Below, in pieces: positions 38,164 through 52,769 of a stretch of 64,000 nt of DNA. The DNA comes from Mytilus trossulus (taxonomy: Eukaryota), in NCBI RefSeq assembly GCF_036588685.1, contig NC_086376.1, positions 79,525,630 through 79,589,629 of the forward strand, in the 5' to 3' direction. Within the stretch, counting starts at the first letter, position 1; every line of letters begins with the position of its first letter. The notes under the pieces are model-generated. The model did no database searches and had not been told where the DNA came from. It was given only the letters and a program-made list of their open reading frames with translations. Position numbers and translations under genes: made by a program.

Positions 38164-39790
38164 ATATCCATAGAACGCATATCAACATTGGAGAAAAATT
38201 TGAAGAAGGACCATGCATGCATTCTATATTTAAAAGCTCCATGTTCTTGAGAAAAGTTTTAGGCCAAATAAGGCCTTGTCCTTAAATTATTTTCCTATTT
38301 CCATTAGATTATTCAAGCACAAGGTAAAACTGCAAAATTTGAACTTATCTTATTATTTAAACAAGCACTGAAAGCACATCAATGCTAGCGGTTAAATATA
38401 TATTTCAAGAAAACCTTACAAAAAATATTGGTCAGTCACTTTTGCTCCTGGATGATCCAAATAGAAAACAATGCGGTAATTAAAGATGACCCACTTGGGA
38501 ATATCAGCCAAAGTCAGGAGTTCATTATGACCGTAACAGTCTAATAATATCCATTAGGAACACAATAGTTATATGACAAGAACACTTATGAAGTTTCTTA
38601 CCCTACCTAGTATTACAGACAGTGTGACACTTCTAATTATCTACGGAAACAAGGAGTGTCAAGTTTTTCTGTCATTTCTCTATTGATTTCAATATATACC
38701 AAACTAAATAACAATACCACTAGCTATTATCTTCAACTTGAGTCACAAATTATTGGCACACCACAAAGATAGATGAGTCTGGGTCATTTCTCTTGATTCT
38801 ATATCTCATTGGCAACTAAAAAATAACGTTAAAATTGGATGTTCATTTTTCATTTTCCTTTATTGATGTGCATTAGTAACGGCAACCAATATTTTCTCTA
38901 TATTAGATTTGTCAAATCAGCAAGTTCTGATAGAATAGTTCTTTATGAGTTCTCCAAATACTACACTCCTGAAGAAGGGGGATTTATTATTGTTCTTTTA
39001 AGGAAGTCTGACATGACATAATATATATATGATTGGAATATGAATTTGAGACTAGTGTTAATTATATACATCAGCGAGGCTTCGGTCATATTTGATATAC
39101 TGTATAATTTTGAACAGCTATTTCTTTCCTAATTTTATCCAGAAAATTGTTTCAATGATTTACTATACACCGGAAAGTCTACATGTACTTATAGCAAAAT
39201 GTAGGGGTAGGGTAATGATGAAAGATGGTCTAACATAATTTGATATCTACAAGATTCATTATGTAATATATATTAATGATTTGACTTTTAGATAAGTGTT
39301 AAGACATTTTGTGCAATCTTGTTGATGTCACTGACGTGTGGGAAACAAATGTACAATACAAATTCTAATAAATGTCACATCAATAATCAAATAAGGTTAG
39401 ATAAACATTGCTAAAATAACTGCAGCTCTGTTTTTATATACCCTTTACATGTAAGGTGGACATTTGTCTATAGACATAGAGTACAGGTTGTTTGCTTGAT
39501 AAAACTGGTTTCCCCATATGCAACATTTCATCACTTCACATGTTTTGGCAAGTTTTTAATGATTGTTTTCCCTTTTTCTTTTATTAAATTATAACAACAC
39601 TTTAACTTTATTAATTTCATGAGTTGAAAAGATTTTTTTCTGTAGTAACCTTTAAACTGAATATTCAAACCTAAAAGTTTTAAAGTTGTACTTGCCAAAT
39701 AAGACATTCTTATAGCCTCTTAAGGGATAACAACATATAGATCAACATATTGATTTTTCAGCTGTGCATTTTGACAACTGTTGATGCATG

Positions 39791-39900
39791 ATATGGGGAA
39801 TGTATCAAAGAGAGAACAACCACACCAGAGAGCAGAAAACAGCCAAAGGCCACTAATGGGCCTTCTTATGATACAGACAGAAAATCCTGCACCTAGAGAC
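39791..39900 (-). mobile_element. Family A 3' fragment
   Basis: ATGGGGAATGTATCAAAGAGAGAACAACC...AAATCCTGCACC. Confidence 0.6.
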
Positions 39901-42175
39901 ATGCTTGCATATCTTACTTGACAGGTTCCATTATCATTTTCTTATTTTAACCCTAAATGTAAATATAATAGCATTAACAATTCACATTACTAGAAAGACA
40001 AAGAAATGATTCAAGTGAAATAAGGTGCGTTTGAATATCAAAATAATCTTTTGTTAATCTTAAAATGCACTTTTCGATTGTAAATTTATTTTATTTTATT
40101 TTATTTTATGAAGTAAAAACTAGGCATTTTAATTATCCTCTTATTGAAAATGTCCCATAAGATGAAGAAGTCAGGCACATTTTTCACCTCCTTAAACTCA
40201 TGCCAAATAAATTCTAAATGACAGATTTATACTTTTGGAAATACATCGAAGTTATAAAAAAATCAAATTTTATGTCTTCAACTTCTGAGAATTTCTAGTC
40301 AGTCAATAATTGTTGTTTTATTGAACTTTCACAAATTTCATCCTGACAACCAATCAGACAATTATTTCAAGTTCTGGTAGTAAAATGGCATAAAATGGTA
40401 AAACTTATTTCACTTTATGATTACATGCATTTGAAGATTGCCAGATGTTGAAAATTAAAAAAAAAACATTTTCAAATATTCATAAAATCATTTAAAAACA
40501 ATAAAATTATAGCATGATTTAAAAATAAAAATGTAAGAATCAAAAGCTCATAGTAAAATAAAATAAAATATTCAGCAGAATAATTTCCATATATGATTTA
40601 ATGAGTTTGGAATTGCAATGTTCTCATCTAGACAGGATCCCCTGATTTTTTTTACACTGCTTTGAAATACAAAACCCAATTATACCATTTATAGATTTCT
40701 ATAAGAAATCAGATAATGTACTTTTATATCTCATTGTAACTGTTAAATGAGAAAGTCAAGTGACTAAATGATGATAAAGTTAACAATGATTAGGATAATG
40801 ATGATCATGATAATGATGATTAGCTAATAATAATAATATTGAAAGTTAACACAACTAGAGACAAAATGTGTGGCCATAATATAGAAGATATCAGAATAAA
40901 TGTTTACCATGATAATGACCTTATTTCAGGTAGTGGCATCAAAGATATGTTTTTGCATTTAAGCAACAGGTATATTATCAGGAAAAAAAGAATGTCAGAA
41001 TTTTCTAGCGGTGAAAAGGCCTACTATGAGATTATTTATGAGATAGGCCAATAAAGTTCACTTAAGTTCATATATGTTGTCAATTTGTGGAATGACAGCA
41101 TACTTATCTGAGCATGTTTAAAGAACATGTTATTAATATTATAGAATATTACTTAACATGGTAACATCAAGAAGTGGTATGAAATGTCATTCAAATTTGT
41201 AAAACTGTTGCATTATGTCATTGTAAATAAAAGATCATATATCACTAATATCAACAGATTACAAAATCTGTATAAAACAATAGTAAGAAATTCTTTATAA
41301 TAAGCATTAGCTTTTATCCTTTTATTCATATATAAAAAGGATGGACAACACCAAGAAGGCAATCAAATTCCAAAGATGATGGAAAATAATCAAGAGTATG
41401 TATAGCTTAAAAGAATTAGAGACAAACACTGAGACAACATTCCTTCAAACACTAAATTATAGACAACAGTGTTCAAAGCCATTGGAGAAATAGACACACG
41501 TCTCAAAACACTAAGTAAACAGAAAACATTTCTTAAAACAGTACATGTAGTATTGAGGAAAACAGATAACAGCATGACATTTATTGGACATAAGAGAATA
41601 AGACATACAACTTTCCTCTAAACACTACACAGCATTAGTTTAACCTGTTATTTGTAAAAAGTAAGCATGTTCTAGCATAATAGCTTTAACTTTTTTTCAT
41701 TTATATTCTCAACATTGTCAATGTCATGGTAACCTTATCCTCCACATATCTATTTTTGCACCAAATAACATTCTGTTTTCTTTACAGAATGGTTCTAAAC
41801 TGAACTTTACTTGGTAATAACAAATCTGATTAAAATGGACTCAATAAATATGACGAGTAATGATATCAATTGTGTACTTATCAAGAACGAAATCCAATAG
41901 ATGTTACATCATTGTAGGTTATTTTGCCTATTCTATGTAGCTGTTATTGATTATGCTGACGTCTTGGCACTGTAAGCACTGTACTGGGGCAGGTCACTGA
42001 CTTCAAAGTGTATTGTCCTTAAGGCGACTATCGTATAAAAAATATCCTGTACTTGATATTCCTTTTTTAGGTAATGACCGCCTAACTTTCAAAACACTTT
42101 GCCGTCTGACTTTGACCGTGAATCATCATATGTAGGCCCTTGAAAAAAATGTTGCCATTGGAAAAGAATCTTTGA

Positions 42176-42561
42176 ATAAAATAATTCTGAAACAAAAGCC
42201 ATTTCTGAGGTCAATCCTAGAAGAAACTGAATCAGTAAGCATTAGGTTGTACTTGTGCTCTATCTAATAGTTTATTATGTCATTTCTTCTGCATAAAAAA
42301 AAATATAAAATTATGATATAAAGCAATTTCTAAATTTTTATTTCAATTTTGAAAATGTCAAATGCAATGAATAATATATATCTAATAAAAATTTAATTCA
42401 TCCTGAATTGTGCATGCATATCCTTTTTCCTAGTTGGATTAAAATCAATATTTTGGCTGCCCCTTCAATCAAAACATGATATACCACTGCCAGAGGTTAC
42501 AAAGGAATGTTCAGTGCTCACAGATATGTTTCACCTTGTCACATTTTCCATGATCCTCTAC
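42176..42561 (+). repeat. Left arm of a roughly 385-bp inverted duplication (partner 44264-44652)
   Basis: Reverse-complement match over its whole length with scattered substitutions and small indels. Confidence 0.95.
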
Positions 42562-42794
42562 CAAAGCAGGAACCTATAATTCAGTGTGTAAATCAGATCT
42601 GTACTCTTAAATGGTTCTAGTGATCTGTTTAATTTTGACACCTGAAACCTTAAACAGCAAAAACCATTAGATACCTTCGGCTTCAGATATTATTAGATCT
42701 GTACAGATTTTAGAGTTGACATTATTATGCACTTTTGCAAATCTAAATATTTTGACAGGATAAAGAGTTTTGTACTGCATGAAGACTGGAAGTA

Positions 42795-42984
42795 TGGATG
42801 CAAAAAAGGGGGCAATAGATACCATAGGGACTTTCCAACTTATAAAAAAATAAACTGACAACGCCATGGCTGAAAAGACATACAGATAATATTAAATAGA
42901 CTGAAAAGTACTCAAAACACAACATAAAAAATAAAGACTAAGCAACACAGACCCCTAGAAAAACTGAGGGTGATCTCAGGTGCA
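42795..42984 (-). mobile_element. Penelope-like element 3' tail fragment
   Basis: AAACTGACAACGCCATGGCT...GGGTGATCTCAGGTGC, similar to the tail next to the RT relic (49090-49166 and 50991-51125); further piece at about 26712-26780. Confidence 0.6.
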
Positions 42985-44263
42985 AATGTTTGTGTAGCAT
43001 CAACTGAAACAAATGGAATATAGGGATCATTTTCATAAAAAGACTTGAAATGTTTTAAGAGTTATAGAACCAGATAAAGTTCTGCGCTGCAGCAAAGTTG
43101 GAAATCTTTGATTATAGAGACATATAGCAGCAAAGTAAGAAGTCTTTGATTACAGAGACCTATAGCTGCAAAGTTAGAAGCCTTTGATTATGGAGACCTA
43201 AAGGAACCTGAGAATAGCAGCCAAGTTGGAAGCCTTTGATTACAGAGACCTATAGCAGCAATGCTGGAAACCTTTGATTACAGAGACCTATGGCAGCAAA
43301 TGAACAATGCAATGTAATGTAAATTAAAATGTTGTTCTGTATACCTTTGTTCAACTTAGGTAATACCAGAATAAAATGATAAACAGTAAGGCTGGACACC
43401 TTGGATTACAGAGATCTATAGCATCAAGACAGGAAATATGTGATTAGAGATATACAGCAGCAAGACATGAAACATGTGATTACAGAGACCTACAGCACTC
43501 AGCAGGCAGACAGGAAACCTGTGATTACAGAGATCTATAGCAGCAAGACAGGAAACATGTGATTATAGAGACCTATAGCAGCAAGATTAGATTCCTTTGA
43601 TTGCTGCTATTTGTCTCTGTAATCAAAGGTGTCCTGTCTTGCTGCTATAGGTCACTGTAATCACATGTTTCCTGTCTTGCTGCTATAGACCTCTGTAATG
43701 AAAGGTTTCCTGCCTTGCTGCTAAAGGTCTCTGTAATCAAAGGTGTCCTGTCTTTCTGTCATATGTCTCTGTAATCAAAGGTGTCCTGTCTTGCTGCAAT
43801 AGGTCTCTGTATTCACATGTTTCCTGTCTTGCTGCTATAGGTCTCTTTAATGACAGGTTTCCTGTCTTGCTGCTGTAGATCTCTGTAATCACATGTTTCC
43901 TGTCTTGCTGTTTTAGATCACTGTAATCACATGTTCCTGTCTTGCTGCTGTAGGTCTCTGTAATCGCATGTTTCCTGTCATGCTGCTATAGGTCTCTGTA
44001 ATTAAAGGTTTCCTGTCTTGCTGCTGTAGGTATCTGTAATCACATGTTTTCTGTCTTGTTGCTATAGATCTCTTTAATTACATGTTTCCTGTCTTGCTGT
44101 TATAGGTCTCTGTAATCACATGTTTCCTGTCTTGCTGCTAATAGGTCTCTATAATCACATGTTCCTGTCTTGCTGCTATAGATCTCTGTAATCACATGTT
44201 TCCTGCATTGCTGCTACAGGTCTCTGTAATCACATGTTTCCTGTCTTGCTGCTGTAGATCTCT

Positions 44264-44652
44264 GTAGGGGATCATTGAAAATGTGGCAAGTTGAAACATA
44301 TTTGTGAGCACTGAACATTCCTCTGTAACCTTGGGCAGTGGTACATCATGTTTTGATTGAAGGGGCAGCCAAAATATTGATTTTAGTCCAACTAGGAAAA
44401 AGGATATGCATGCTCAATTCAGGATGAATTAAATTTTTATTGGATATATCTTATTCATTGCATTTGACATTTTCAAAATTGAACTGAAAATTTAGAAATT
44501 GCTTTATTACATAATTTTATATTTTATGCAGAAGAAATGACATAATAAACTATTAAACAGAGCACAAGTACAACCTAATGCTTAGTGTTTGAGTTTCTTC
44601 TAATAGTGACCTCAGCAATCTGACTGTGGCCTTTGTTTCAGAATTATTTTAT
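44264..44652 (-). repeat. Right arm of the inverted duplication, embedded in the satellite
   Basis: Reverse complement of 42176-42561. Confidence 0.95.
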
Positions 44653-45513
44653 ATATAAGTATCTGTAATCAGTGTGACCTGTATTACTGCTATAGAAAAA
44701 AACCCATGTGATTACAGAGATCTATAGCAGCAAGACACGAAACATGTGATTACATAGACCTATAACAGCAAGACAGGAAACATGTGATTACAGAGACCTA
44801 CAGCAGCAAGACAGGAACATGTGATTACAGAGATCTATATCAGCAAGACAGGAAACATGTGATTACAGAAACCTACAGCAGCAAGACAGGAAACATGTGA
44901 TTACAGAGACCTACAGCAGCAAGACAGGAAACATTTAATTAAAGAGACCTACAGCAGCAAGACAGAAAACATGTGATTACAGAGACCTACAGCAGCAAGA
45001 CAGGAACATGTGATTACAGAGACCTATAGCAGCAAGACAGGAAACATTTAATTAAAGAGACCTACAGCAGCAAGACAGGAAACATGTGATTACAGAGACC
45101 TATAGCAGCAAGACAGGACACCTTTGATTACAGAGACATATGACAGAAAGACAGGACACCTTTGATTACAGAGACCTATAGCAGCAAGGCAGGAAACCCT
45201 TTATTACAGAGGTCTATAGCAGCAAGACAGGAAACATGTGATTACAGAGGTCTATAGCAGCAAGACAGGACACCTTTGATTACAGAGACATATAGCAGCA
45301 AGACAGGAACATGTGATTACAGAGGTCTATAGCAGCAAGACAGGAAACATGTGATTACAGAGACCTACAGCAGCAAGACAGGAACATGTGATTACAGAGA
45401 CCTACAGCAGCAAGACAGGAACATGTGATTACAGAGACCTACAGCAGCAAGACAGGAAACCTTTGATTAAAGAGACCTATAGCAGCAAGACAGGAAACCT
45501 TTAATTACAGAGA

Positions 45514-45767
45514 GAATTTTTTACCTACATACTGCTGGTCTAACCCTAATATCTATAAGTTTGATTAACTGTTTAATTCATGTAATATTGTAATATTAGA
45601 AAAACTATGTAAATTTATCAAAGTTATAAATGTAAAGTCAGTCCTCAAAGTTAATTTCATTGTATTGTTCACACATCCTTGTAAAATTTGTACCTTATAG
45701 TTATATTTATGTATGTTCTCTATAACTATGTAATTGTAGTTTTATGAGAAATAAAGTCTTCGTATTC
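45514..45767 (+). mobile_element. 5'-truncated non-LTR retrotransposon 3' end (CR1/L2 group, Crack/Daphne-like)
   Basis: Translates as NFLPTYCWSNPNIYKFD*LFNSCNIVILEKLCKFIKVIN, resembling ORF2 C-termini of this group as recalled; AATAAA at 45750, short repeat tail, GAGA target duplication (45510-45513 / 45768-45771). Confidence 0.7.
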
Positions 45768-48700
45768 GAGACCTATACCAGCAAGATAGGGAACATTTGA
45801 TTACAGAGACCTATAGCAGCAAGACAGGACACCTTTGATTACAGAGACATATGACAGAAAGACAGGAAACCTTTGATTACAGAGACCTATAGCAGCAAGG
45901 CAGGAAACCTTTAATTACAGAGACATATAGCAGCAAGACAGGAAACATGTGATTACAGAGACCTATAGCAGCAAGACAGGACACCCTTCATTACAGAGGT
46001 CTATAGCAGCAAGACAGGAAACATGTGATTACAGAGACCTATAGCAGCAAGACAGGAAACCCTTCATTACAGAGGTCTATAGCAGCAAGACAGGAAACAT
46101 GTGATTACAGAGACATATAGCAGCAAGACAGGACACCTTTGATTACAGAGACATATAGCAGAAGACAGGACACCTTTTATTACAGAGAATTATAGCAGCA
46201 AGACAGGAAAATCTTTAATAACAGAGACCTGTAGCAGCAAGACAGGAAACCTTTGATTACAGACACCTGTAGCAGCAAAGCTGGTCACATTTGATAACAG
46301 AACTATAGCAGAAAGACAGGACATCTTTGATTACAGAGACCTATAGCAGCAAAATAAGAAACCTTTTATAACAGAGATCTATAGCAGCAAGGCTGGACAC
46401 CTTTAATCACAGTGACCTATATCAGCAAGACAGGAAACCTTTAATTACAGAGACCTATAGCAGCAAGACAGGAAACCTTTGATTACAGAGACCTACAGCA
46501 GCAAGATTAGATCCCTGTGATTATAGAGACCTATAGCAGCAAGATAAGAAATATTTGATTACAGAGACCTATAGCAGCCAGACAGGACACCTTTGATTAC
46601 AGAGACCTATAGCAGCAATGCTGGAAACCTTTGATTACAGAGACCTACAGCAGCAATGCTGGAAACCTTTGATTACAGAGACCTACAGCAGCAATGCTGG
46701 AAACATTTGATAACAGAACTATAGTAGCAAGACAGGAAATCCTTTGATTACAGAGACCTATAGCAGCAAGACAGGAAACCTTTAATTACAGAGACCTAGA
46801 GCAGCAAAGACAGGAAACCTTTGATTACAGAGACCTATAGCAGCAAGACAGGAAACCTTTGATTACAGAGACCTATAGCAGCAAGACAGGAAACCTTTGA
46901 TTACAGAGACCTATAGCAGCAAGACAGGAAACCTTTAATTACAGAGACCTATAGCAGCAAAGACAGGAAACCTTTGATTACAGAGACCTATAGCAGCAAG
47001 ACAGGAAACCTTTGATTACAGAGACATATAGCAGCAAGACAGGAAACCTTTGATTACAGAGACCTATAGCAGCAAGACAGGAAACCTTTAATTACAGAGA
47101 CCTATAGCAGCAAGACAGGAAACCTTTGATTACAGAGACCTATAGCAGCAAGACAGGAAACCTTTGATTACAGAGACCTATAGCAGCAAGACAGGAAACC
47201 TTTAATTACAGAGACCTATAGCAGCAAAGACAGGAAACCTTTGATTACAGAGACCTATAGCAGCAAGACAGGAAACCTTTGATTACAGAGACATATAGCA
47301 GCAAGACAGGAAACCTTTGATTACAGAGACCTATAGCAGCAAGACAGGAAACCTTTAATTACAGAGACCTTTAGCAGCAAAGACAGGAAACCTTTGATTA
47401 CAGAGACATATAGCAGCAAGACAGGAAACCTTTGATTACAGAGACCTATAGCAGCAAGACAGGAAACCTTTAATTACAGAGACCTTTAGCAGCAAAGACA
47501 GGAAACCTTTGATTACAGAGACCTATAGCAGCAAGACAGGAAACCTTTGATTACAGAGATCTATAGCAGTAATGCAGGACACCACTGATTACAGAGACCT
47601 ATAGCAGCAAGGCAGTAAACCTTTGACTGCAGAGATCTGTAGCAGCAAGACAGGAAACCTTTGATTACAGAGACCAGTCCAATACTGGTAATCAGCTTGT
47701 CAGTAATGACATCCTGGATTTGGTTATTTTTCTGTTCTTGAAATATTCAGTTCTTTGAATCAACAAGGTTTTTCAACCCTCTGGTATAGATAGTCTAGCT
47801 TAGCCAATTTGGCACATCATTTTAGAGATTTTTGGCTTTCTGTAATGTATTAAATCGATTTCATATTTGATTTGCCTTTAGAACTGTTCTAAATCAAACA
47901 CTACTTTTCTTCTAGACAACAACACACATCTGATGTATAAAATTAAAAGCCTATTATTTGTGACGAGTTTTTTGCCCAAATCATTATTTTCATAGTTCAA
48001 ACTTGATTGTACAATGGTTGGTAAACAACCTCCACAAACACTTTTCCTATATCTTGACAGAATGACAGTCATTTTTTATAAAGGAAGCCTGGGTCCGTGG
48101 GTCCTTGACGATCTGACTGACTTTGTATACCATATTGTGAATACAATTGAAAAATTTATAAATGATTGGTGTACTTAATATAATATTCACAATCTGCAGA
48201 TCATTAAAACTTCTCTATGACAGGAATGTCAGAAATATCTTTCCCTGCTGAACTCTTAAACAATTCTAATTAGCACTACCTCCTTATATTTCTATCCAAA
48301 GAACTAAAAAGTTGTGTTTTTCCTCATTTACAACACCTGGGAACAAAATCAAACATACCATCATGGCTTCACTTCATAATAAAGCATTTATGTTAATTTC
48401 TTCTAGTGTTCACAATAATGATTTCAATATTCTTACTCAGTGTTAGTTGAAGCACTCCTTTCATCTTTCTTTTTGGCAAACTGTATACATCAAAAAACTG
48501 TTTTTTACAAAATAATAGAAATACGTACTCGCTTACCTATTCTAGTATACATATTCTGTAGTCAAAATATTCGTAAATTATGTCATAATTCAAATACCAG
48601 ACTGAATAGATCAATTCAAAATGTCTGCAATGATGTCTGAAACATCAAAAGCAAAAACAATTAAAATTAGCTCAAAAATTATTTCTGCATTTTAGGGATC

Positions 48701-49166
48701 AAAGATGTTCACACTCAATAAGATGTGTACTATGTAATAAAACCAGCGTCACACTTGGGTTTATAATAAAACAAGTTTTTTTCAAGACTTTTTTTACCAT
48801 AACATGCTATTCAAGTTTAATTGCCATTTATGCATACAAAAGTATTTTGTATGTGCATTTATTCGCTGCACATGAATTAACTTTCTATTTCACTGAGCGA
48901 TATCAACCAAGTGGGTCATATTCGACATGTTTCATTGACTGCATAAAGCTAAACAAATTAATATCAAATTTGAAAGAAGTTCCAATGATAATTCTCTGAT
49001 TGTCTATCTAGTCTAAATAATTAAGACCTTTTAAATTATTATATTTGTTTTGCTTTGATGCCTTACAGCCTTTCAAGACATCATATTTATTTGGACTAAC
49101 TGTCTACTAAAAGTTATTCAAACTCAAAGCCAAAGGCTATAAACTGAAAACACCTTAACAAAGAAC

Positions 49167-50878
49167 AACCAGATGCTCCGCAGGGCGTAGCTTTATACGA
49201 CCGCAGAGGTTGAACCCTGAACGGTTGGGGCAAGTATGGACACAACATTCAAGCTGGATTCCGCTCTAAATTTGGATTGTGATTAAATAGTTGACACAGC
49301 ATAGGTTTCTGACACAGAATGAATGTATTCAAATGAACTTAAAATTTTTGTTTTCTCTTAGAGCAATTCACTATGCTGTTGAATATTAATCCTCTCAAAA
49401 AAATGTTTGAAGAAATTTTCTTTTTATTTATGAAATTTCAAATGAGAAAAATTGAACCCAATTTTTTAATCACATCCCCCTTTCCCTTATTCCAAAACTA
49501 ATTTCAATTAAAATATTCTAATGGAGTTTGCAACAATTACTACTCATTTAAATACATCATAAAATATTAAGATGTAAAAAAACTGCTTGTTATCACTGAA
49601 TGGTAAAGATTATTTTAATTTATCAGTTGGTAGTAAAAAGTGAATATACATTGTATATTGTATGTAACAAAGATTTAAGTTGATTCTGGACAAAGAAAGA
49701 TAACTCCAATTAAAAAAAAAATTTGCAGATATTTCTTGCTTACTAAACTGGACAAAGAAAGATAACTCTTAATTAAAAAAAAATTTGCAATTTCACAATA
49801 TTGTGAAATTAGATATTTCTTGCCATTGCACAATACTGTGCAATTGAAGACTTGCTATTGCACAATACTTAATATAATAATTTTAGATCCTGATTTGGAC
49901 CAACTTGAAAACTGGGCCCATAATCAAAAATCTAAGTACATGTTTAGATTCAGCATATCAAAGAGGCCCAAGAATTTAATTTTTGTTAAAATCAAACTTA
50001 GTTTAATTTTGGACCCTTTGCACTTTAATTTAGACCAATTTTAAAACTGGACCAAAAATTAAGAATCTACATACACAGTTAGATTTGGCATATCAAAGAA
50101 CCCCAATTATTCAATTTTTGATGAAATCAAACAATGTTTAATTTTGGACCTCAATTTGGGCCAACTTGAAAACTGGGCCAATAATCAAAAATCTAAGTAC
50201 ATTTTTAGATTCAGCATATCAAAGAACCCCAAGGTTTCAATTTTTGTTAAAATCAAACTAAGTTTAATTTTGGACCCTTTGGACCTTAATGTAGACCAAT
50301 TTGAAAACGGGACCAAAAATTAAGAACCTACATACACAGTTAGATTCGGCATATTAAAGAACCCCAATTATTCAATTTTGATGAAATCAAACAAAGTTTA
50401 ATTTTGGACCCTTTGGGCCCCTTTTTCCTTAACTGTTGGGACCAAAACTCCCAAAATCAATACCAACCTTCCTTTTGTGGTCATAAACATTGTGTTTAAA
50501 TTTCATTGATTTCTATTTACTTTAACTAAAGTTATTGTGCGAAAACCAAGAATAATGCTTATTTGGGCCCTTTTTTGGCCCCTAATTCATAAACTGTTGA
50601 AACCAAAACTCCCAAAATCAATCCCAACCTTTCTTTTGTGGTCATAAACCTTGTGTCAAAATTTCATAGATTTCTATTAACTTAAACTAAAGTTATAGTG
50701 CGAAAACCAAGAAAATGCTTATTTGGGCCCTTTTTGGCCCCTAATTCCTAAAATGTTGGGACCAAAACTCCCAAAATCAATACCAGCCTTCCTTTTATGG
50801 TCATAAACCTTGTGTTAAAATTTCATAGATTTCTATTCTCTTTTACTAAAGTTAGAGTGCGAAAACTAAAAGTATTCG

Positions 50879-50934
<56 letters not shown>

Positions 50935-50990
50935 CAACGTGATAGCAATATACGACGAAAATTTTTTCAAAATTTGCGGTCGTATAAAAA
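49167..50990 (-). mobile_element. Non-autonomous Helentron-like element, copy 1 (1.8 kb)
   Basis: SubTIRs TTTATACGACCGCA / TGCGGTCGTATAAA, partial IR TATACGACG, pure (GAC)n, internal roughly 130-bp and 160-bp tandem cores, terminal GC-rich hairpin. Confidence 0.9.
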
Positions 50991-51179
50991 GACAACCAAC
51001 AGCCTACACAACAGAATGAAAAATTCTACTGGGTAAAGACTGAGCTACACTACCTACCTGAACCTCGGATGCAAATCTCAGGTGCTCCAGGAGTGTAAAT
51101 AGATCCTAGTAAACATGTGGCACCTGAGTTATAACTGATTAACATGTGGCATCAGTATAACTCATGTAAGTACAAATTT

Positions 51180-51705
51180 GGTGCTGTCACCTTCAAGGAA
51201 AATAGGGTGAGATTGTGGTTACAATCACTGGAAAACATCTGTTGTCATCTACTACATCTGTAAAACAGACTTTTCATAATGTCAACAAACTCAAAGGGAT
51301 GACATCAACTACATGAATTGGTACCCTTGATTGTTTTACTCAGCTTCCTTGTTAGCAGCAACTTTTTGTCATGGTAATCATGATAGGAAATGCTACCTCA
51401 AGGTTATCCTATCAACTAGTAGATTTTACTCCATGTGAAGGTGCTGTTGGAATGTTAATTTCTACATAAAAATAGAACATTCACAATTGGGAAGCTGAAA
51501 TCATTTCTTGTGTTGTAAGTTTTGTTCTCAAACGTTACACTGATTGACAACTTCTACATGTAAGTCAAGATAAGGCAGTCTTAACCTTATCTTCGGTGTC
51601 CTTTAATTCAAGTTTGATGGGATAGATGCGATCAACATAATAAGTCACCAAACTTTGAATTATTTAAGATGACATCATCTACATTGCAGAATGTGAAGTT
51701 AAAGG
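51180..51705 (-). pseudogene. Decayed Penelope-like reverse transcriptase C-terminal region
   Basis: Minus-strand fragments FTFCNVDDV (YIDD motif relic, about 51673-51697), VDRIYPIKLELKDT, RNDFSFPIVN; many stops and frameshifts; tail continues at 50991-51180 and 49090-49166. Confidence 0.7.
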
Positions 51706-52769
51706 GTAATTTAACTTTGGGCCAAAATAATATATATAACTTGAAAGTATAGCAATAGAAAAGATTTTCAAAACAACAGATGACTTTTATCAAATATATT
51801 TTTGATTCCAGTGTTAAATTAAAAAGTATAAAATTTATGCATTATTCAATACTGTGGACAAATTAAGATGGATTTGGTTATAAACAAGAAATACATTGTA
51901 TTGTGTATGAATAACATGCTTAAAAAGATTCCATACATTTTTCTTAAATATCCAGACACAATCCATCATAATTTTAACACAACAAGTCTCAAAAATATAC
52001 ACAGAGATCCACAACTATAGGTTTACAACAACAAAATTACCATTTAAAGTTGAGGTAAACTGTAGCCACGATTTGTTGTCTGAAGTAAACACAGCTTTCC
52101 TTTCTAATAAAGCCTTCTCCAAATCAGCACAAAACATTATTACCACTGGTTCCCAATAAATCCCATAAAATAAAATGCTACAGCAATTTGTCTGAAGCAA
52201 TAAATTACAGAATAAAAATTGTCCATTTTAACCATTCTTTTTCTTGGATGCTATAATTAGTAAGGATTGGTAGGATTCTAACAAAAACACCAATCAGATG
52301 AGCATTCTTAATATAATAAAATGTACTGTATTTGAACCCTTGACCTATTTCTTTTATCAATAGAAGCAACATTTTATAAACCTAAGATGTGGGGTAATAG
52401 AAATTATTTTGATCAATATGTGTTTGAAACTGGAGAATATTGCAAATGCCAATGGCATATATGTACTCTAATTTAACCATAGCATAAACTTAAAGAACTA
52501 GATAACTGGGAATGATTGTCAAATGAATTGACAGCATAGTTTGTTTTCTAATTATTCTGTGTGGTCGTTTCAACAAAGTTAGACCTTCCAAGAATATTTT
52601 CTGTAATCAAAATAATGGAATAGAATGATTGCTTCAGTTCCTTCCAAATTGACTTTTGTCTATTACAAATATGACGAACTGCACAAGAATGATTGAATTC
52701 CACATCAAATGAATAAGCACTAGAAAAAAAGATCAGATGACATTTTGCACAATATGCATATCAACATGA

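Larger units (their letters stand above)
43045..47675. repeat. 38-bp satellite (GATTACAGAGACCTATAGCAGCAAGACAGGAAACCTTT)n with an internal inverted block
   Basis: Forward units about 43045-43600, inverted about 43600-44266 and 44660-44695, forward about 44703-47675. Confidence 0.97.

Noticed and set aside
43045-47675. CRISPR-like appearance of the 29-45-bp arrays
   Set aside because: Units are head-to-tail with no unique spacers, there are no cas genes, and the context is eukaryotic
50797-51036. Poly-Arg ORF and other ORFs in 49820-54884
   Set aside because: Derived from the (GAC)n microsatellite and core repeats of non-autonomous elements
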